A stretch of DNA of 64,000 nt from Eledone cirrhosa. Lineage: Eukaryota. Below the pieces are notes generated by a model that was not told the origin of the DNA, searched no databases, and saw nothing but the letters and a program-made list of their open reading frames with translations. Position numbers and translations under genes: made by a program. The DNA lies in NCBI GenBank assembly GCA_964016885.1, contig CAXHJY010000221.1, positions 16,619 to 80,618 of the forward strand, written 5' to 3'. Positions 33,338-46,342 of the stretch are shown one piece after another. Positions within the stretch are counted from its first letter, which is position 1; every line of letters starts with the position of its first letter.

Positions 33338-33648
33338 CTTCTTCTTCTTCGCCCATTTATTCCTGAAAAGGTTTTGGGGGGCAGAGTCCTTAAACCCTCC
33401 TTCCAGTTCCAGCTGGTTCTATCAGAAGCAACCGTCTCCAATGGGTCCGGCTAAATCAACAAGCGAAACCTGTCAAGCTCATGGAATGTTATTCAACGAT
33501 CCTACTCAGGCCTCAAACACCCCTTCAGAAACAACCGTCTCCAACTGATCCGGCTAGATCCTCAAGTGACACCTGTCAATCTCATGGATGTTATGCATCC
33601 ATCTTAGTCAGGGTCTGCCCCTGGGTCACCTGCCGGTTGGTTTTGCCC
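33338..33648 (-). mobile_element. 3' end of RTE/Expander LINE with (GAA)n tail and internal duplication
   Basis: Reverse-complement similarity to 57600-57765 (GGCAAAACC..CCGGCAGG; GAGACGGTTGCTTCTGA). Confidence 0.7.
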
Positions 33649-33737
33649 ATAAAATCTTTAATTTATGAAATACAAAGAAATATGTTACAATAATTGCAAG
33701 TGTACAGTTGTATACACGCATGGCTTGTATACAACTT

Positions 33738-33870
33738 GTGTGGTTAGAACATTGGGCTTGCAATCGTGAGGTTGTGAGTTCGATCCTCAACCGAGTGATG
33801 TGTTGCGTTGTGTCCTTGGGCCAGACACTTTATTTCACGTTGTTCCAGTTTACTCAGCTGTAGAAATGAT
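33738..33870 (+). mobile_element. CORE-like SINE family 2
   Basis: GTGGTTAG..GAGTTCGATCC..GTGTCCTTGGGCCAGACACTT. Confidence 0.75.
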
Positions 33871-33926
33871 TTGTGACGTCATTGGTACTAAGTGTATATG
33901 TATATATATATATATATATAATATAT

Positions 33927-34102
33927 AAGAACAAAAGATGGTTAAAAGAGTTCCATGTATTTTATAAAATACATGGAACTCTTTTAACCATCTTTTGTTC
34001 TTTTGTTCTTATATATTATGTATACTGCAGTCCTACAAACTGTAGAGTGCTTCTTATCCGATATCTGCATTGCTTTATTGTACTACAATAAAACTCACCT
34101 CC

Positions 34103-34106
<4 letters not shown>
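33927..34106 (+). mobile_element. Perfect 76-bp spacerless palindrome plus ~100-bp tail between (TA)n tracts
   Basis: Arms 33927-33964 and 33965-34002. Same short-arm/long-arm layout as the Penelope-like termini, but no hammerhead core is retained. Confidence 0.6.
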
Positions 34107-34149
<43 letters not shown>

Positions 34150-34280
34150 AGTTGGTTGTTTACAGTATGCAGATTGGAGCACTCGACGAAGTACGCAGGT
34201 TGGTTTGTTTACTCCGGAATAATGTCAAATAAGTAACTCAAATACGTAAAATTTGGCTTCGTTTATTATAAATTTACTGC

Positions 34281-34316
<36 letters not shown>

Positions 34317-34330
34317 TTATCTACATCAAT

Positions 34331-34366
<36 letters not shown>

Positions 34367-34401
34367 ATCTGTGTGTGTGTGTATCTGTGTGTGTGTGTAT
34401 C

Positions 34402-34439
<38 letters not shown>

Positions 34440-34473
34440 TGCGGAGGTATTTCAGAATCTAGAAGTCATTTCT

Positions 34474-34538
<65 letters not shown>

Positions 34539-35076
34539 GAAAGGTATAGAAAGTATTGTAGCAAAAAGCCAACAGTATTCCATAATATATATAGATGTGT
34601 GTGTGTGAGTGTGTGAGTGTGTGTGTGTGTGTGTGTCAGTGTGTGTGTGCGTGTGCGTGTGCGTGTGCGTGTGCGTGAGTGTGTGTGAGTGAGTGTGTGT
34701 GTGTGAGTGCGTGTGTGTGTGTGAGCGTGTGATGGGGAATCGCTCTTTACTTAGTTTATTTACTATGAATCCAAATCAAAATTTACAGTAAAAGAAAGAG
34801 TAGAGAATGAGAGCCATAGAAAGAGGAGTTCTTCGTGGTAGCTTCACGACCGTCAGTCTGTCGCCATTCGATAAATTACTGTTAAACAGATTACAGGAGC
34901 AAGATTCCTCATTAGAGCCATTGGATATACAATGGCGGAGGCGGTGTTGGTGGGGTGGAATGAAGTCAGATATAGAGAATCAAGGTTTTATGGAAATTTG
35001 CTGCGTGAATAAGCACATTATATATTCACGTGTATGTATGTATGTATGTATGTATGTATGTATGTATGTATGTATA

Positions 35077-35207
<131 letters not shown>

Positions 35208-35232
35208 TATACGCATGATAGATATATTCGTG

Positions 35233-35267
<35 letters not shown>

Positions 35268-35364
35268 ATATACGCATATATATATATATATATATTTATT
35301 AAATATATATATTATTTATATATATATTATTTATATATAAATATATATATTTATTAAATATATA

Positions 35365-35402
<38 letters not shown>

Positions 35403-35431
35403 GAATTTATAGATATGTGTTTGTGTGAATA

Positions 35432-35477
<46 letters not shown>

Positions 35478-35774
35478 GATATATATTTATATACAAATAC
35501 ACACACACACAAACATATATATATATATATGTTTGTGTGATATATATATCAGAAGATCCCGTTAAGGGTGAAAGCAGCGATTCTTTGCTTAAACTTTAAT
35601 CTGTTATTTTACTAAATATATATATATATATATATTAAAAAGTGAGGTTTTTTTTACAAAATGAAAAATAACCGAGGTGTCCTACACGAGTGAAAGTTTA
35701 AAGAAAAAAAAGATGAAATCGAAAATGCAACTGGAGTCTTATTTTAAAAAAATATATATATATTTATTTGGTTC

Positions 35775-35810
35775 CTTTACCGGTTTCGCAGTTCTTCTGC
35801 TTTTCAAAAG
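35775..35810 (-). ncRNA. Identical U3-A8 hammerhead in the opposite arm
   Basis: Exact reverse complement of 35888-35923. Confidence 0.65.
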
Positions 35811-35887
35811 TAGAGTTGAGATGGAGGGTCTGTGGTTTTTCTCACATCTGATGTGTAAAAAACCACAGACCCTCCATCTCAACTCTA

Positions 35888-35923
35888 CTTTTGAAAAGCA
35901 GAAGAACTGCGAAACCGGTAAAG
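35888..35923 (+). ncRNA. Minimal hammerhead with U3-A8 core variant, family F
   Basis: CTT-TTGAAAA-GCAGaagaaCTGC-GAAA-CCGG-TA-AAG. Confidence 0.65.
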
Positions 35924-36256
35924 GAACCAAATAAATATATATATATTTTCTTTAAAATAAGACACCAGTTGCATTTTCGATTTCTTCTTTTTTTCTTTTT
36001 ATATATATATATATATATATATGTATATTATGGTAAAGCAACACAAACTTCTAGTTCCAAGTTGTCTTTAAGACCACAACAAAGATCTCTGTCTCAATAT
36101 TTGTCACATACTCAAAGTGTATCACTGTTGGCATTCTATGGCATAGACTTTCCAAAGAGTTTCCTTATAACACATTCCACTTCTTTAGGTAATTTCTGTA
36201 TGAACTTCGAATAAACGTGGATTTTAGTTGTAAAGAAAATATATATCTACCATATT

Positions 36257-36432
36257 TACGAGAGTGGGCAGAAAAGTTCTCACTGATTATGAAGGGGTGA
36301 TTGATGCTAGAGTTGTGAAATCTTGTATGAATTAATTTCAACTCTTTTTGTTAAATAATTGCATTGTTTCTTTTTGGGGACTATGTTGAGAAAATAAACC
36401 TCATTTGGTAATTCCATGAGAGTATCTTGGTA
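36257..36432 (+). mobile_element. Mariner-derived non-autonomous remnant
   Basis: TACGAG..GAAAAGTTC TIR-like start and GGGGACTATGTTGAGAAA (GDYVE, mariner C-terminus). Confidence 0.5.
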
Positions 36433-36556
36433 AGATGAATGGAGAGATGCTGTGCTGAAGAGGACTCGTCACACCCTTGCAAGCAAGGAAAAGCGAATGT
36501 AAAATGATATATATTGTATATTTGGGAGGGTGACGTTGTTATAATATTGCCAGAAA

Positions 36557-37371
36557 TCTATATATATAAAACTGTGGTTGTCTGTCTGTCTATCGATTTT
36601 TGGCACACATCTCCTCTTAGAATCTCTGACGGAATTGCACCGAAATTGCTATACTTGTACATTGAGCCCTAGCGAAGACATCGGAAAAAAAATATTTCAA
36701 ATTGACCCACCCTATGTGACGAAATCGAATATAATGTATCGATTTTTGAGCGTAAGTTATCAGTTATTTCCCTTTGTTCTGTTTACATTGAGCGTCTTAC
36801 GTAAAAAATTACGCTGGCTTTCTCAGCGTTTAAAATGACATTAACACAATACACGAACAGTTGTCGAGCCAGCAAATTATTGACCTGCAAAATTCATCAG
36901 TTCGAACACTAAGCTTCCGTTTTGCTTCATTTCCATTTAAAAGCATTTTAAAACAATATTTTTACTTGAAAACAAGTCTATTTAAAGACTACGTAAAACA
37001 AGCAAATATTTCAGGCGTGCAGACAGACAGTCGTGCAGAGAGGTGATATAGGCGTGCAGACAGACATAACTGATAATTTGGTTACGCTAATGTTTTTCTC
37101 TGCGTTGCAGTGTTTACATTTTCGATCTTTGTTAATAAATAACCAGTGCAGTTTTTATCCCCAGCATCCTCTTTTGTTATAACATTCGGGTTATCGTTAT
37201 GTTTTCTTAACTTCATAAAGCATATTGTTGGTTGAGGGAATATTAATCAAAAACACCACATGCAAGTCTGCCCAGTAGACACTACAGTTTTTAAGCCAAA
37301 AAAGAAACTTAACATTGTAACTTTAACACAGCTACTGAGCGACCCCGAGCAACGCCGGGCTTTACTGCTAG
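36557..37371 (+). mobile_element. Full-length non-autonomous Helitron (815 bp)
   Basis: 5' A|TCTATATATATAAAACTG..(TCTG)n; 3' hairpin CCCGAGCAACGCCGGG then CTAG|T; inserted between A and T without TSD. Confidence 0.85.
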
Positions 37372-37509
37372 TATATAATAAAACACACTCACTGTTTGGT
37401 TTGGGTTGGTTTACGCTTCTGTATATTTTATATCTCTCTAGTTAATGTAGCTGGCAATCCATGTTTAGCATTGATTGACGAAAAACATTGCAAAACAAAT
37501 TCATCGTCG

Positions 37510-37560
<51 letters not shown>

Positions 37561-37576
37561 GATATATATTATATAG

Positions 37577-37608
<32 letters not shown>

Positions 37609-38066
37609 GATATATATATATATATTATATATTATATATTATATATATATATAGAGATAGATATATATATATTATATATATTATATATGTATATTATATA
37701 TATATATAGAGATAGATATATATATATATATATTATATATATTATATATGTATATTATATATATATAGAGAGATAGATATATATATATATATTATATATA
37801 TATATATTATATATATATAGAGAGATAGATATATATATATATATTATATATTATATATATATATTATATATAGAGAGATAGATATATATATATATATTAT
37901 ATATTATATATATATATTATATATAGAGATAGATATATATATATATTATATATTATATATATATATATTATATATATTATATATATATATATATATATAG
38001 AGATATATATATATTATATATATTATATATTATATATATCTATCTATCTATATTATATATATATAT

Positions 38067-38100
<34 letters not shown>

Positions 38101-38101
38101 A

Positions 38102-38140
<39 letters not shown>
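37510..38140. repeat. (TA)/(TAGA) array
   Basis: Directly visible. Confidence 0.9.
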
Positions 38141-38156
<16 letters not shown>

Positions 38157-38293
38157 TACGGCGATAAATTTGTTTTGCAAATATATATATATATGTATAT
38201 ATGTATATATGTATATGTGTGTGTGTGTGTGTGTAAGCGCGTTTGTATTTTATTCAGCTTACTTAAAAACCTGACATACTTAAACTGTATACA

Positions 38294-38348
<55 letters not shown>

Positions 38349-38426
38349 TACATATACATATACTATTCCTTCAATTCTCCGTTATTAAAATTCTGCAGAT
38401 GTTTCCATCTAAACCTCAATCTTCAA

Positions 38427-38611
38427 AGAGAGAGAGAGAGAGAGAGAGAGACGCACACAAAACAATTATTTGGTCAATTTTTTCCAATATCAATGAATAT
38501 TTCTTCATTCTAAAATAGCTAAGTGTTCAATATTTAATCCAAATTCGTCAGTTTAGATTTAAATATTTTAAATAATATCTTTTATCAATAGTAAACTTGT
38601 TATTTTAGTAT

Positions 38612-38684
<73 letters not shown>

Positions 38685-38849
38685 CGCACACAAAACAATT
38701 ATTTGGTCAATTTTTTCCAATATCAATGAATATTTCTTCATTCTAAAATAGCTAAGTGTTCAATATTTAATCCAAATTCGTCAGTTTAGATTTAAATATT
38801 TTAAATAATATCTTTTATCAATAGTAAACTTGTTATTTTAGTATTTTGA
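38427..38849. repeat. Tandem duplication of (GA)n plus ~167 bp of unique sequence
   Basis: GACGCACACAAAAC...TAGTATTTTGA is identical at 38450-38616 and 38683-38849. Confidence 0.9.
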
Positions 38850-39012
38850 TAATTTCATATGAATAAATAGTAGATTAAATCGATCTCTGTGCTGAACTGG
38901 TACCTAATTTTATCGATACTAGATACTAGATACTATCGATATAGATTAGAGTCAAAATTGACCTCAGCGGGTTTTGAATTCAGAGAGCGCAAATATCAAG
39001 GACGATAACTAG

Positions 39013-39349
39013 GTACTAGGTACATGGGTGTTGTACTAGGTACATGGGTGTTGTACTAAGTACATGGCTGTTGTACTAAGTACATGGCTGTTGTACTAAG
39101 TACATGGGTGTTGTACTAGGTACATGGGTGTTGTACTAGGTACATGGGTGTTGTACTAGGTACATGGGTGTTGTACTAGGTACATGGGTGTTGTACTAAG
39201 TACATGGGTGTTGTACTAAGTACATGGGTGTTGTACTAAGTACATGGGTGTTGTACTAAGTACATGGGTGTTGCACTAGGTACATGGGTGGTGTACTAAG
39301 TACATGGGTGGTGTACTAAGTACATGGGTGTTGTACAAAGTACATGGGT
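39013..39349. repeat. 20-bp minisatellite TACATGGGTGTTGTACTA(G/A)G, ~17 copies
   Basis: Directly visible; flanked by SINE remnants. Confidence 0.95.
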
Positions 39350-39684
39350 ATTGGCCTAAAATCAAAGTTGACAGGTGAGATTTGAACTCAGAGTTCAGTG
39401 AGTCGGAACGAATACCAAAAAGCATTTTATTAGACCTTCTAACAACTGATTATTTGCCACCTAGTGGACATATGTGCATGCATGTATGGGCCCCTAATTC
39501 CCAAGAGAGTCGTAGAGGTGTCGTATTGACATACGGCGTTTCTTGGCTATTTTTAAAAATCTGGTGGAGCCCATTTCCTCTCCAGGTCTGAATACAGCAG
39601 ATTTCTTCCAGAGAAGGAGAGAGAGAGGGACAGAGAGAGAGAGAGAGTGATAGAAAGGAAGTCAGAAAGCGATATAGAGGAAGA

Positions 39685-39842
39685 ATCAGCCCCAGTACTT
39701 GACTGGTACAATTTTTTATCTACCTTCAATGGATAAAAGGCAAATTTGAATTCGGCGGGATTTGAACTCAGAGAACAGGGGGCCTATACGAATACCGCAA
39801 AGCATTCTATTCGATGTTCTAACAACTCTGACAGTTCACTGC
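39685..39842 (-). mobile_element. SINE family 1-related, diverged
   Basis: ACTGGTAC..TTATC..GGATAAAAGGCAAA..GGATTTGAACTC. Confidence 0.7.
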
Positions 39843-40179
39843 CTGTTTAATCTATTAGATAAAAACATATATTTAATTTCGTATGTCTGTGCAACATACA
39901 TACTAGAGAAAAAATGCATTCGGGTGATGAAATAATCAGTTCTATTCAATTTAGATAATTTATCTCCAATATCTAAGTAAAAGTAATGTGATTTCCGATT
40001 GAATTTGATATAGAGAAAACAATACAATGCTCACTAATTAAATCTTAAAATATATTTGTTCAAGTGGAAATTCGTTAAATTGTGTTTCTGGATGTCCAGT
40101 TGACTCACTTGAGAACATACCAATGTCTCAGAAGACATTAATCTATGATCAAATTTTATTTGAACTAAACATCAGTTTA

Positions 40180-40416
40180 GTAACGTTGCTCAATAGAATT
40201 CTTAGATCGAAGATCAACGATCAGAGAGTCGCTCGAGGTAGAGCTACTGCTTCTCCGAATTGAGAGATCCTAGGGTTTCCTTCGATGGGTCATTGGACTA
40301 ACATTACTCAATAGAGCGTGTAGATCGGAGATCAGACAGTTGCTCAAGATAGAGCTGCTACTTCTCCGAATGGAGAGATCACAGCTACAATATTATGAGC
40401 ATGTGGTTAGAATGTT
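40180..40416 (+). mobile_element. RTE/Expander LINE fragment, internally duplicated
   Basis: Translates IRESLEVELLLLRIERS and ...QLQYYEHVVRM. Confidence 0.7.
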
Positions 40417-40440
40417 TCATTAATAAAAAGAGTTGAAATT

Positions 40441-40626
40441 AATTGTTTCTAATTTAGGCACAAGGCCAGCAATCACCAGTTCATTACTGGTACTTTGTTT
40501 TATCGACCCCGTAAGGATGAAAGGCAAAGTCAACCTCGGCGGGATTTGAACTCAGATCGTAAAGGGACGTAACTATGCTGGAAAGCATGGCGTCCGACCC
40601 TGTACCGATACTGCCAATCCACTGCC
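40441..40626 (-). mobile_element. Young SINE family 1 copy with 17-bp TSD
   Basis: AAAGAGTTGAAATTAAT at 40427-40443 and 40627-40643. Confidence 0.9.
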
Positions 40627-41422
40627 AAAGAGTTGAAATTAATGCTTGCAAGAATTCACAGCTGTAGTATCATTCCTTCATAATCAGTATATGAACTTCT
40701 TAACCGACCCTTGTAGGTTTAGCTGGCCTCCTATGGAGTAACATATCATAGCAGGTTTCTCTAGTGTTTTGATAAAAGAGGTTTCAGTCCTATCAAGAAA
40801 GATCAACATGTAATACGTCGTCTTCATCAAGATCACCACACGGTGCTCGGTCCAGGAATCAAACTCACGACCTTTTGATTTTTGATTTTGTGTCAAGCAA
40901 CTTAGCCCTGGGGTGGTGATTGACTCCCTCGGGTTATAAAAATGCCCTAAAAACACCGTATGTTAATATGGCGCTTCTACGACTCCCTGGGGAGTTATGG
41001 GTCCATATGATACCATACCATAGAAGCAACTTAACCACTACGACTAGACAATAATACTTCACAGACAGAAGAATCGATGGCCTATCTATCAAAACCTAAG
41101 AGAGAGTTTTAGTCTAAAGATCTTCATCGATTACCTTCATCTGTTGACTGGGGTTTCTCAACCAAAACCTAAACCAAAAGCAGAAACCACCAATAAAAAC
41201 CAAGGACCATTTCAAAATCAAACAATATCACAGACCAAAAATAGCTCCGGTTTGTAAATGATTTCTTTTACTGGACCAATAACTGTGATTTATCAATAGA
41301 TCGATCGCTGAAAGTGAACAACACTTAATCGATATTTATTAATGAATCATATTTTTAAATTTATAGATCCTCAATCCTTACAATGGTTCCTTTAAGACCA
41401 CTATTATTATTATTATTATTAA

Positions 41423-41611
41423 GTTGGTGTTTGGCAGTATCGGTAGAGGGTCGGACGCCATGCTTTCCAGCATAGTTACGTCCCTTTACGATCTGAGTTC
41501 AAATCCCGCCGAGGTTGACTTTGCCTTTCATCCTTACGGGGTCGATAAAATAAAGTACCAGTAATGCACTGGATAATTGCTGGCCTTGTGCCTAAAGTAG
41601 AAACAATTATT

Positions 41612-41642
<31 letters not shown>

Positions 41643-41962
41643 CTACTATTAGGGTGGTGGATTGGCAGTATCGGTAGAGGGTCTGACACCACACTTTGCA
41701 GCATAGAGTTACGGCCCTTTGTAGTCTGAGTTCAAATCCCGCCGAGGTAAACTTTGCCTTTCATCTTTACGGTGTCGATAATATAAATTACCAGTAATAC
41801 ACTGAATAATTGCTGGCCTTGTGCCAAAAGTAGAAACAATTATTTAGTGGGTTTAATGTATATGGGAAAGTGGATGGGAAAGGTGTGAGATATAATGCCA
41901 GGTGGGTGCCATCATCTTCCCCTCCCCCCAAATTGCTGGCCTTGTGCCTATAGTAGAAATCA
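41423..41962 (+). mobile_element. Two tandem SINE family 1 copies plus a 3' fragment
   Basis: 41423-41606, 41652-41840 and ~41915-41962; A box TGGCAGTATCGG, B box GAGTTCAAATCC. Confidence 0.9.
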
Positions 41963-42372
41963 TTATTATTATTATTATCATTTATCCAACATCACCCACC
42001 TCTTAAAAAATAAAATAAAGATGGAAGTTGTAAAGAAATCAATATAAATAATTATCTGTGCATGTTTTGAGAAGATTAGAAGAGAGAAGTGGTGAAATGG
42101 AAGGAACTAGAGATTTATCTCTGTATTCCTTCGTGAATTACAAGACAACGAATTCACTTATGTGAAGAAATTCTTTACTTTATTTTTTTCTCTCTCCCTC
42201 TCTTCCCCTCTCTCTGTTGATTTATCTCTCTCTCTCTCTATCTCTCTCAATTTCTCTCTTACTCTCTCCATCTCTCTCACCTCCACCACCCTAAAGGTTA
42301 TTTATATTAATTCAACACTTCCTTTTATCTATCTACACACACACACATATATGTGCACACACAGACAATAAC

Positions 42373-42416
<44 letters not shown>

Positions 42417-42541
42417 TAACAGATAAATATTGACTGTTACTGGATGGTAGATTGAGAAGTTCACAGAAAGAATTATGTGTATGTATGTATGTATGTATGT
42501 ATGTGTGTGTGTTTATATGAGTGTGTCTGTGTGTGTGTATA

Positions 42542-42577
<36 letters not shown>

Positions 42578-42633
42578 TGTATGTATGTATGTATGTATGT
42601 ATGTATGTATGTATGTATGTATGTGTGTATGTG

Positions 42634-42695
<62 letters not shown>

Positions 42696-42743
42696 TGTGT
42701 GTGTTTATATATGTGTGCGTGTTTATATGAGTGTGTATGTGTG

Positions 42744-42776
<33 letters not shown>

Positions 42777-42867
42777 ATGTGTGTGTGTATGTCTGTATTT
42801 ATATACAGAGAGGGAAGGAGGAGGAGGGGAGGAGGGAGGGGGATGAAACGAGAAAGAAATATAGAGA

Positions 42868-43035
42868 AAGAATCGACCCAGTACTGAACTGATACACATT
42901 TTATCGACCTCAATAAATGCTAAAAGACTAAAGCTGACCTCGGTAAGATTTGAACTCAGGTCCTTAAAAAGCCGCAACAAACACTTCAGACATTATTTAT
43001 ATCCGATGTTCTTACAACTCGGACTGTTTAGTGCC
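42868..43035 (-). mobile_element. SINE family 1-related, diverged
   Basis: TTTTATCGACC..GACCTCGG..ATTTGAACTCAG. Confidence 0.6.
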
Positions 43036-43219
43036 TTAAGGACATTCTAGATATAGTGGAATATAAATAATAAGAAACATATTAGAAAAAATTAGGGTGA
43101 GGTGTAAAGAAGGTGGTGGAGGTGGGGAAAGGTGGGGTATAATGGGGGGAGAAGGTGGGGGTATTAAGCTCAACAATAATCATAACGAGGAAGAACGCTG
43201 ACGCACGGCACCCCCTTCT

Positions 43220-43260
<41 letters not shown>

Positions 43261-43373
43261 AAGAGAAAGAGAAAGAGAAAGAGAAAGAGAGAAGGGGATA
43301 TATATGTATGTATATATATATATACATATATGTATATGTATATATATATATACATATACATATATATATACAA

Positions 43374-43405
<32 letters not shown>

Positions 43406-43704
43406 GCGCAGATATATATATATATATATATACACATATATATATATATACACGCACACATATATACACACACAAACACACACACATATATGCACACACA
43501 AACACACACATATATATATACACATATATATATACACACGCACACATATATACACACACACATATATATATGCACACACAAACACACACATATATATATA
43601 CACATATATATATACACACGCACACATAAAAACACACACACATATATATGCACACACAAACATATATATATATACATACATACATACACACACACACAAT
43701 CATA

Positions 43705-43743
<39 letters not shown>

Positions 43744-44010
43744 TTATGTATTTGGTGGCAATATAGAAGACATATAATATATATAAGGATTGTCAAGCTG
43801 ATGATCATAAAAATAAAATGTCGTGTGTAAAGAAGAAAGAATTATCTGGGAATAAAGGCTTATAAGAAAATATTAACCGTTTCTAATCTATGATTCTTTA
43901 TCAATCTTGTACTTGCAGCTAAAATTCTCTCAATATTTATTGATTTTCAAACAATAGATGCAATCTTACTGTCAGCAGCCATTTTCCGGTCGTTTCCTTT
44001 TATATATATA

Positions 44011-45732
44011 CTAGCAGTGACACCCGGCCTTGCACGGGATAAGGTATTTTGGAATGCGGGCTGCCAACAGACCTAATCGTGGAAAAACTGCATGCCTCAA
44101 CAATATGTAAAAATAAAATAAACCGAATACTCTGATGGCTGGATAACCTTTAAGATTTTCCTCGGTGAAGCAGGAAAAATGCAGGTTTTCACCTAATGCG
44201 GGCCCTAGGGCATCAAGAAAATGAATTTTTTTATGTGCATAATATGCCTTGAAATTTAGAGAAAATCGGCTAGACGTATCGCCTAAAAAAAGCCCTAAAA
44301 AACTGAAAAAAATGAAGTTTTTCACCTAATGAGGGCCCTAGGCCATAAAAAAAGTTAGATTTTCTTTGCTCACTGCACGAAGAAGAGACTGACTAATACA
44401 TAGTTACAATTTCAAGGAAATCGATCTGCCGTAACGCCTCAAAATACCCTTAAAAAGCTGAAAAAAAACCCGCAGTTTTTCACCTAATGGGGATCAAAAA
44501 GTTGAATTGTTTATGTGCATAACACTCCCTGAAACATAACGCGGGCCGCCAACAGACCTAATCGTGGTAAAACTGCATGCCTGGACAATATGTAAAGAAA
44601 ATAAACCGATACTCCCCTGCAATTAGTATTAGGTATGCTTGCTTCTCCTTCCACGTGGAGAAAATCGGCTTGGTGCTTTTGGCATAAAGTGTCATGATTC
44701 AGCAGGACAGATGTCACCACTTATGTCAGAGGGAAGTCTGCAATGCTTGAGCAAGGCATGACGTGCAATCGGACAGCATGTGGAGCCTTCTCCAAGGAGT
44801 CCACCGCACCTTAGTTAGTAAACGCAACGGGACAAACCTTTAACAAACTGTGGGTATGATTTAACAAATTTAAAGAGGAATGGTGTAATAAATTGGGCCC
44901 CGAGGCGTGTGCGCGTTCACTGGCAGCTCTAAACGAAAGGGTCATCATCAGCTATTTCAAGGGCCCTTAAAAGGGCCGTGTAAGCCGTTCACTGACACCC
45001 CAGTAAGGAGGGGTAACCATCAACAATTTCAAGTGGTGGCCCTAAAAAGGGCCATATAAGCGTTCACTTGTAGCCCTTAATAGTGACTGACTGCGTTCTC
45101 TCACATTTGAAGGAGGGTGTTACGGTTTCTTCCACTGGTAGCCTTTAGAATGAATCAGAATGCGTTCGCGGTCGTTTAACAGCCATACATTGACGCGCCC
45201 AGTGCGAAGCGGAAGGTCCATCTCTGAACGTAGTCACCTGAAGCCGAGGGAAAACGTATTTCAGGTAAGAGGCTGTAGGAATGGCAACCAGGTTGCCTTG
45301 AGAAATGTTGATAACGAACCTAGCTCGTCCTCTCCCAGCTGCCAACTCGAGAGCACCCAACGAACAACGATCCACTTAACGACCTTACATTGCCGCACCA
45401 ATTGTCAAGGGGAAGGTTCTTAGCTGAAGGATTCACCTTAAACCGTAGAAAAAACGCATTTCAGTGTGGGAGTGACCCAATGCAGACAGCCAAACATACA
45501 GACAGATATTATAAGGGCGCGACGTTATATGTATGTATCTATCTAAAAAGAGAAAGACTAAGAATTATAGAGAGAGATCGCTAAATCGCCTAATGCGGTC
45601 CCTAGGGCATTGAAAATTTGAAATTTCTTTTGCTCAAAACACTCCCTGAAACATAAGTATTACAGTTGGTTGGGTGCTTCTCGAGTTTTAGGGATTCAAA
45701 CACACACACACACACATAGACAGACATACTCA

Positions 45733-45745
<13 letters not shown>
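44011..45745 (-). mobile_element. Helitron (~1.7 kb) with degenerate helicase-like remnants
   Basis: Minus-strand 3' end CCCGTGCAAGGCCGGG..CTAG|T at 44011. The 5' end TATATAAAACTGAGTATGTCTGTC resembles the 36557 element, but the terminal TC is lost in (TA)n. Confidence 0.8.
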
Positions 45746-45770
<25 letters not shown>

Positions 45771-45855
45771 CATACATATATATACATATATATATACACA
45801 CACAAATATATATATACATACATATATATATATACATATATATACACACACACAC

Positions 45856-45886
<31 letters not shown>

Positions 45887-45952
45887 CCTCTCTCTTTCTG
45901 ACGGTTTGAACTTTACAACACCAGAGAGAGAGAGAGAGAGCGAGAGAGTGAG

Positions 45953-45992
<40 letters not shown>

Positions 45993-46302
45993 CTAATGGA
46001 TTCTACAAGGTATTAATATATGCTTGTAGCTGAGTGGAAATATTGATAAATCTTTATTTTACATCTTTGGAATTCTTTCAAACAAGACGTTTTCGCATGA
46101 AGGTGGTCAATCTTTCACAAAGAATTGCTTTCTTCAAATATATAACTCCAACTCTTTTTCCAAAGCTGTTGTCATGACGTTATTCTTAATAAATCTTCTG
46201 CTACAAAAATTAATATATATCTATAACTATTTCATTTTCTGCAAAGTTAAGTTTCGATAAATCTTCTCATATAGTTAACATATATTTCCTAAAACGTCGT
46301 AC

Positions 46303-46340
<38 letters not shown>

Positions 46341-46342
46341 AT

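Larger units (their letters stand above)
35637..36000 (-). mobile_element. Penelope-like inverted terminus, family F (~145-bp arms)
   Basis: Arms ~35699-35848 and ~35850-36000; extra tail to ~35637; (TA)n on both sides. Confidence 0.75.
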
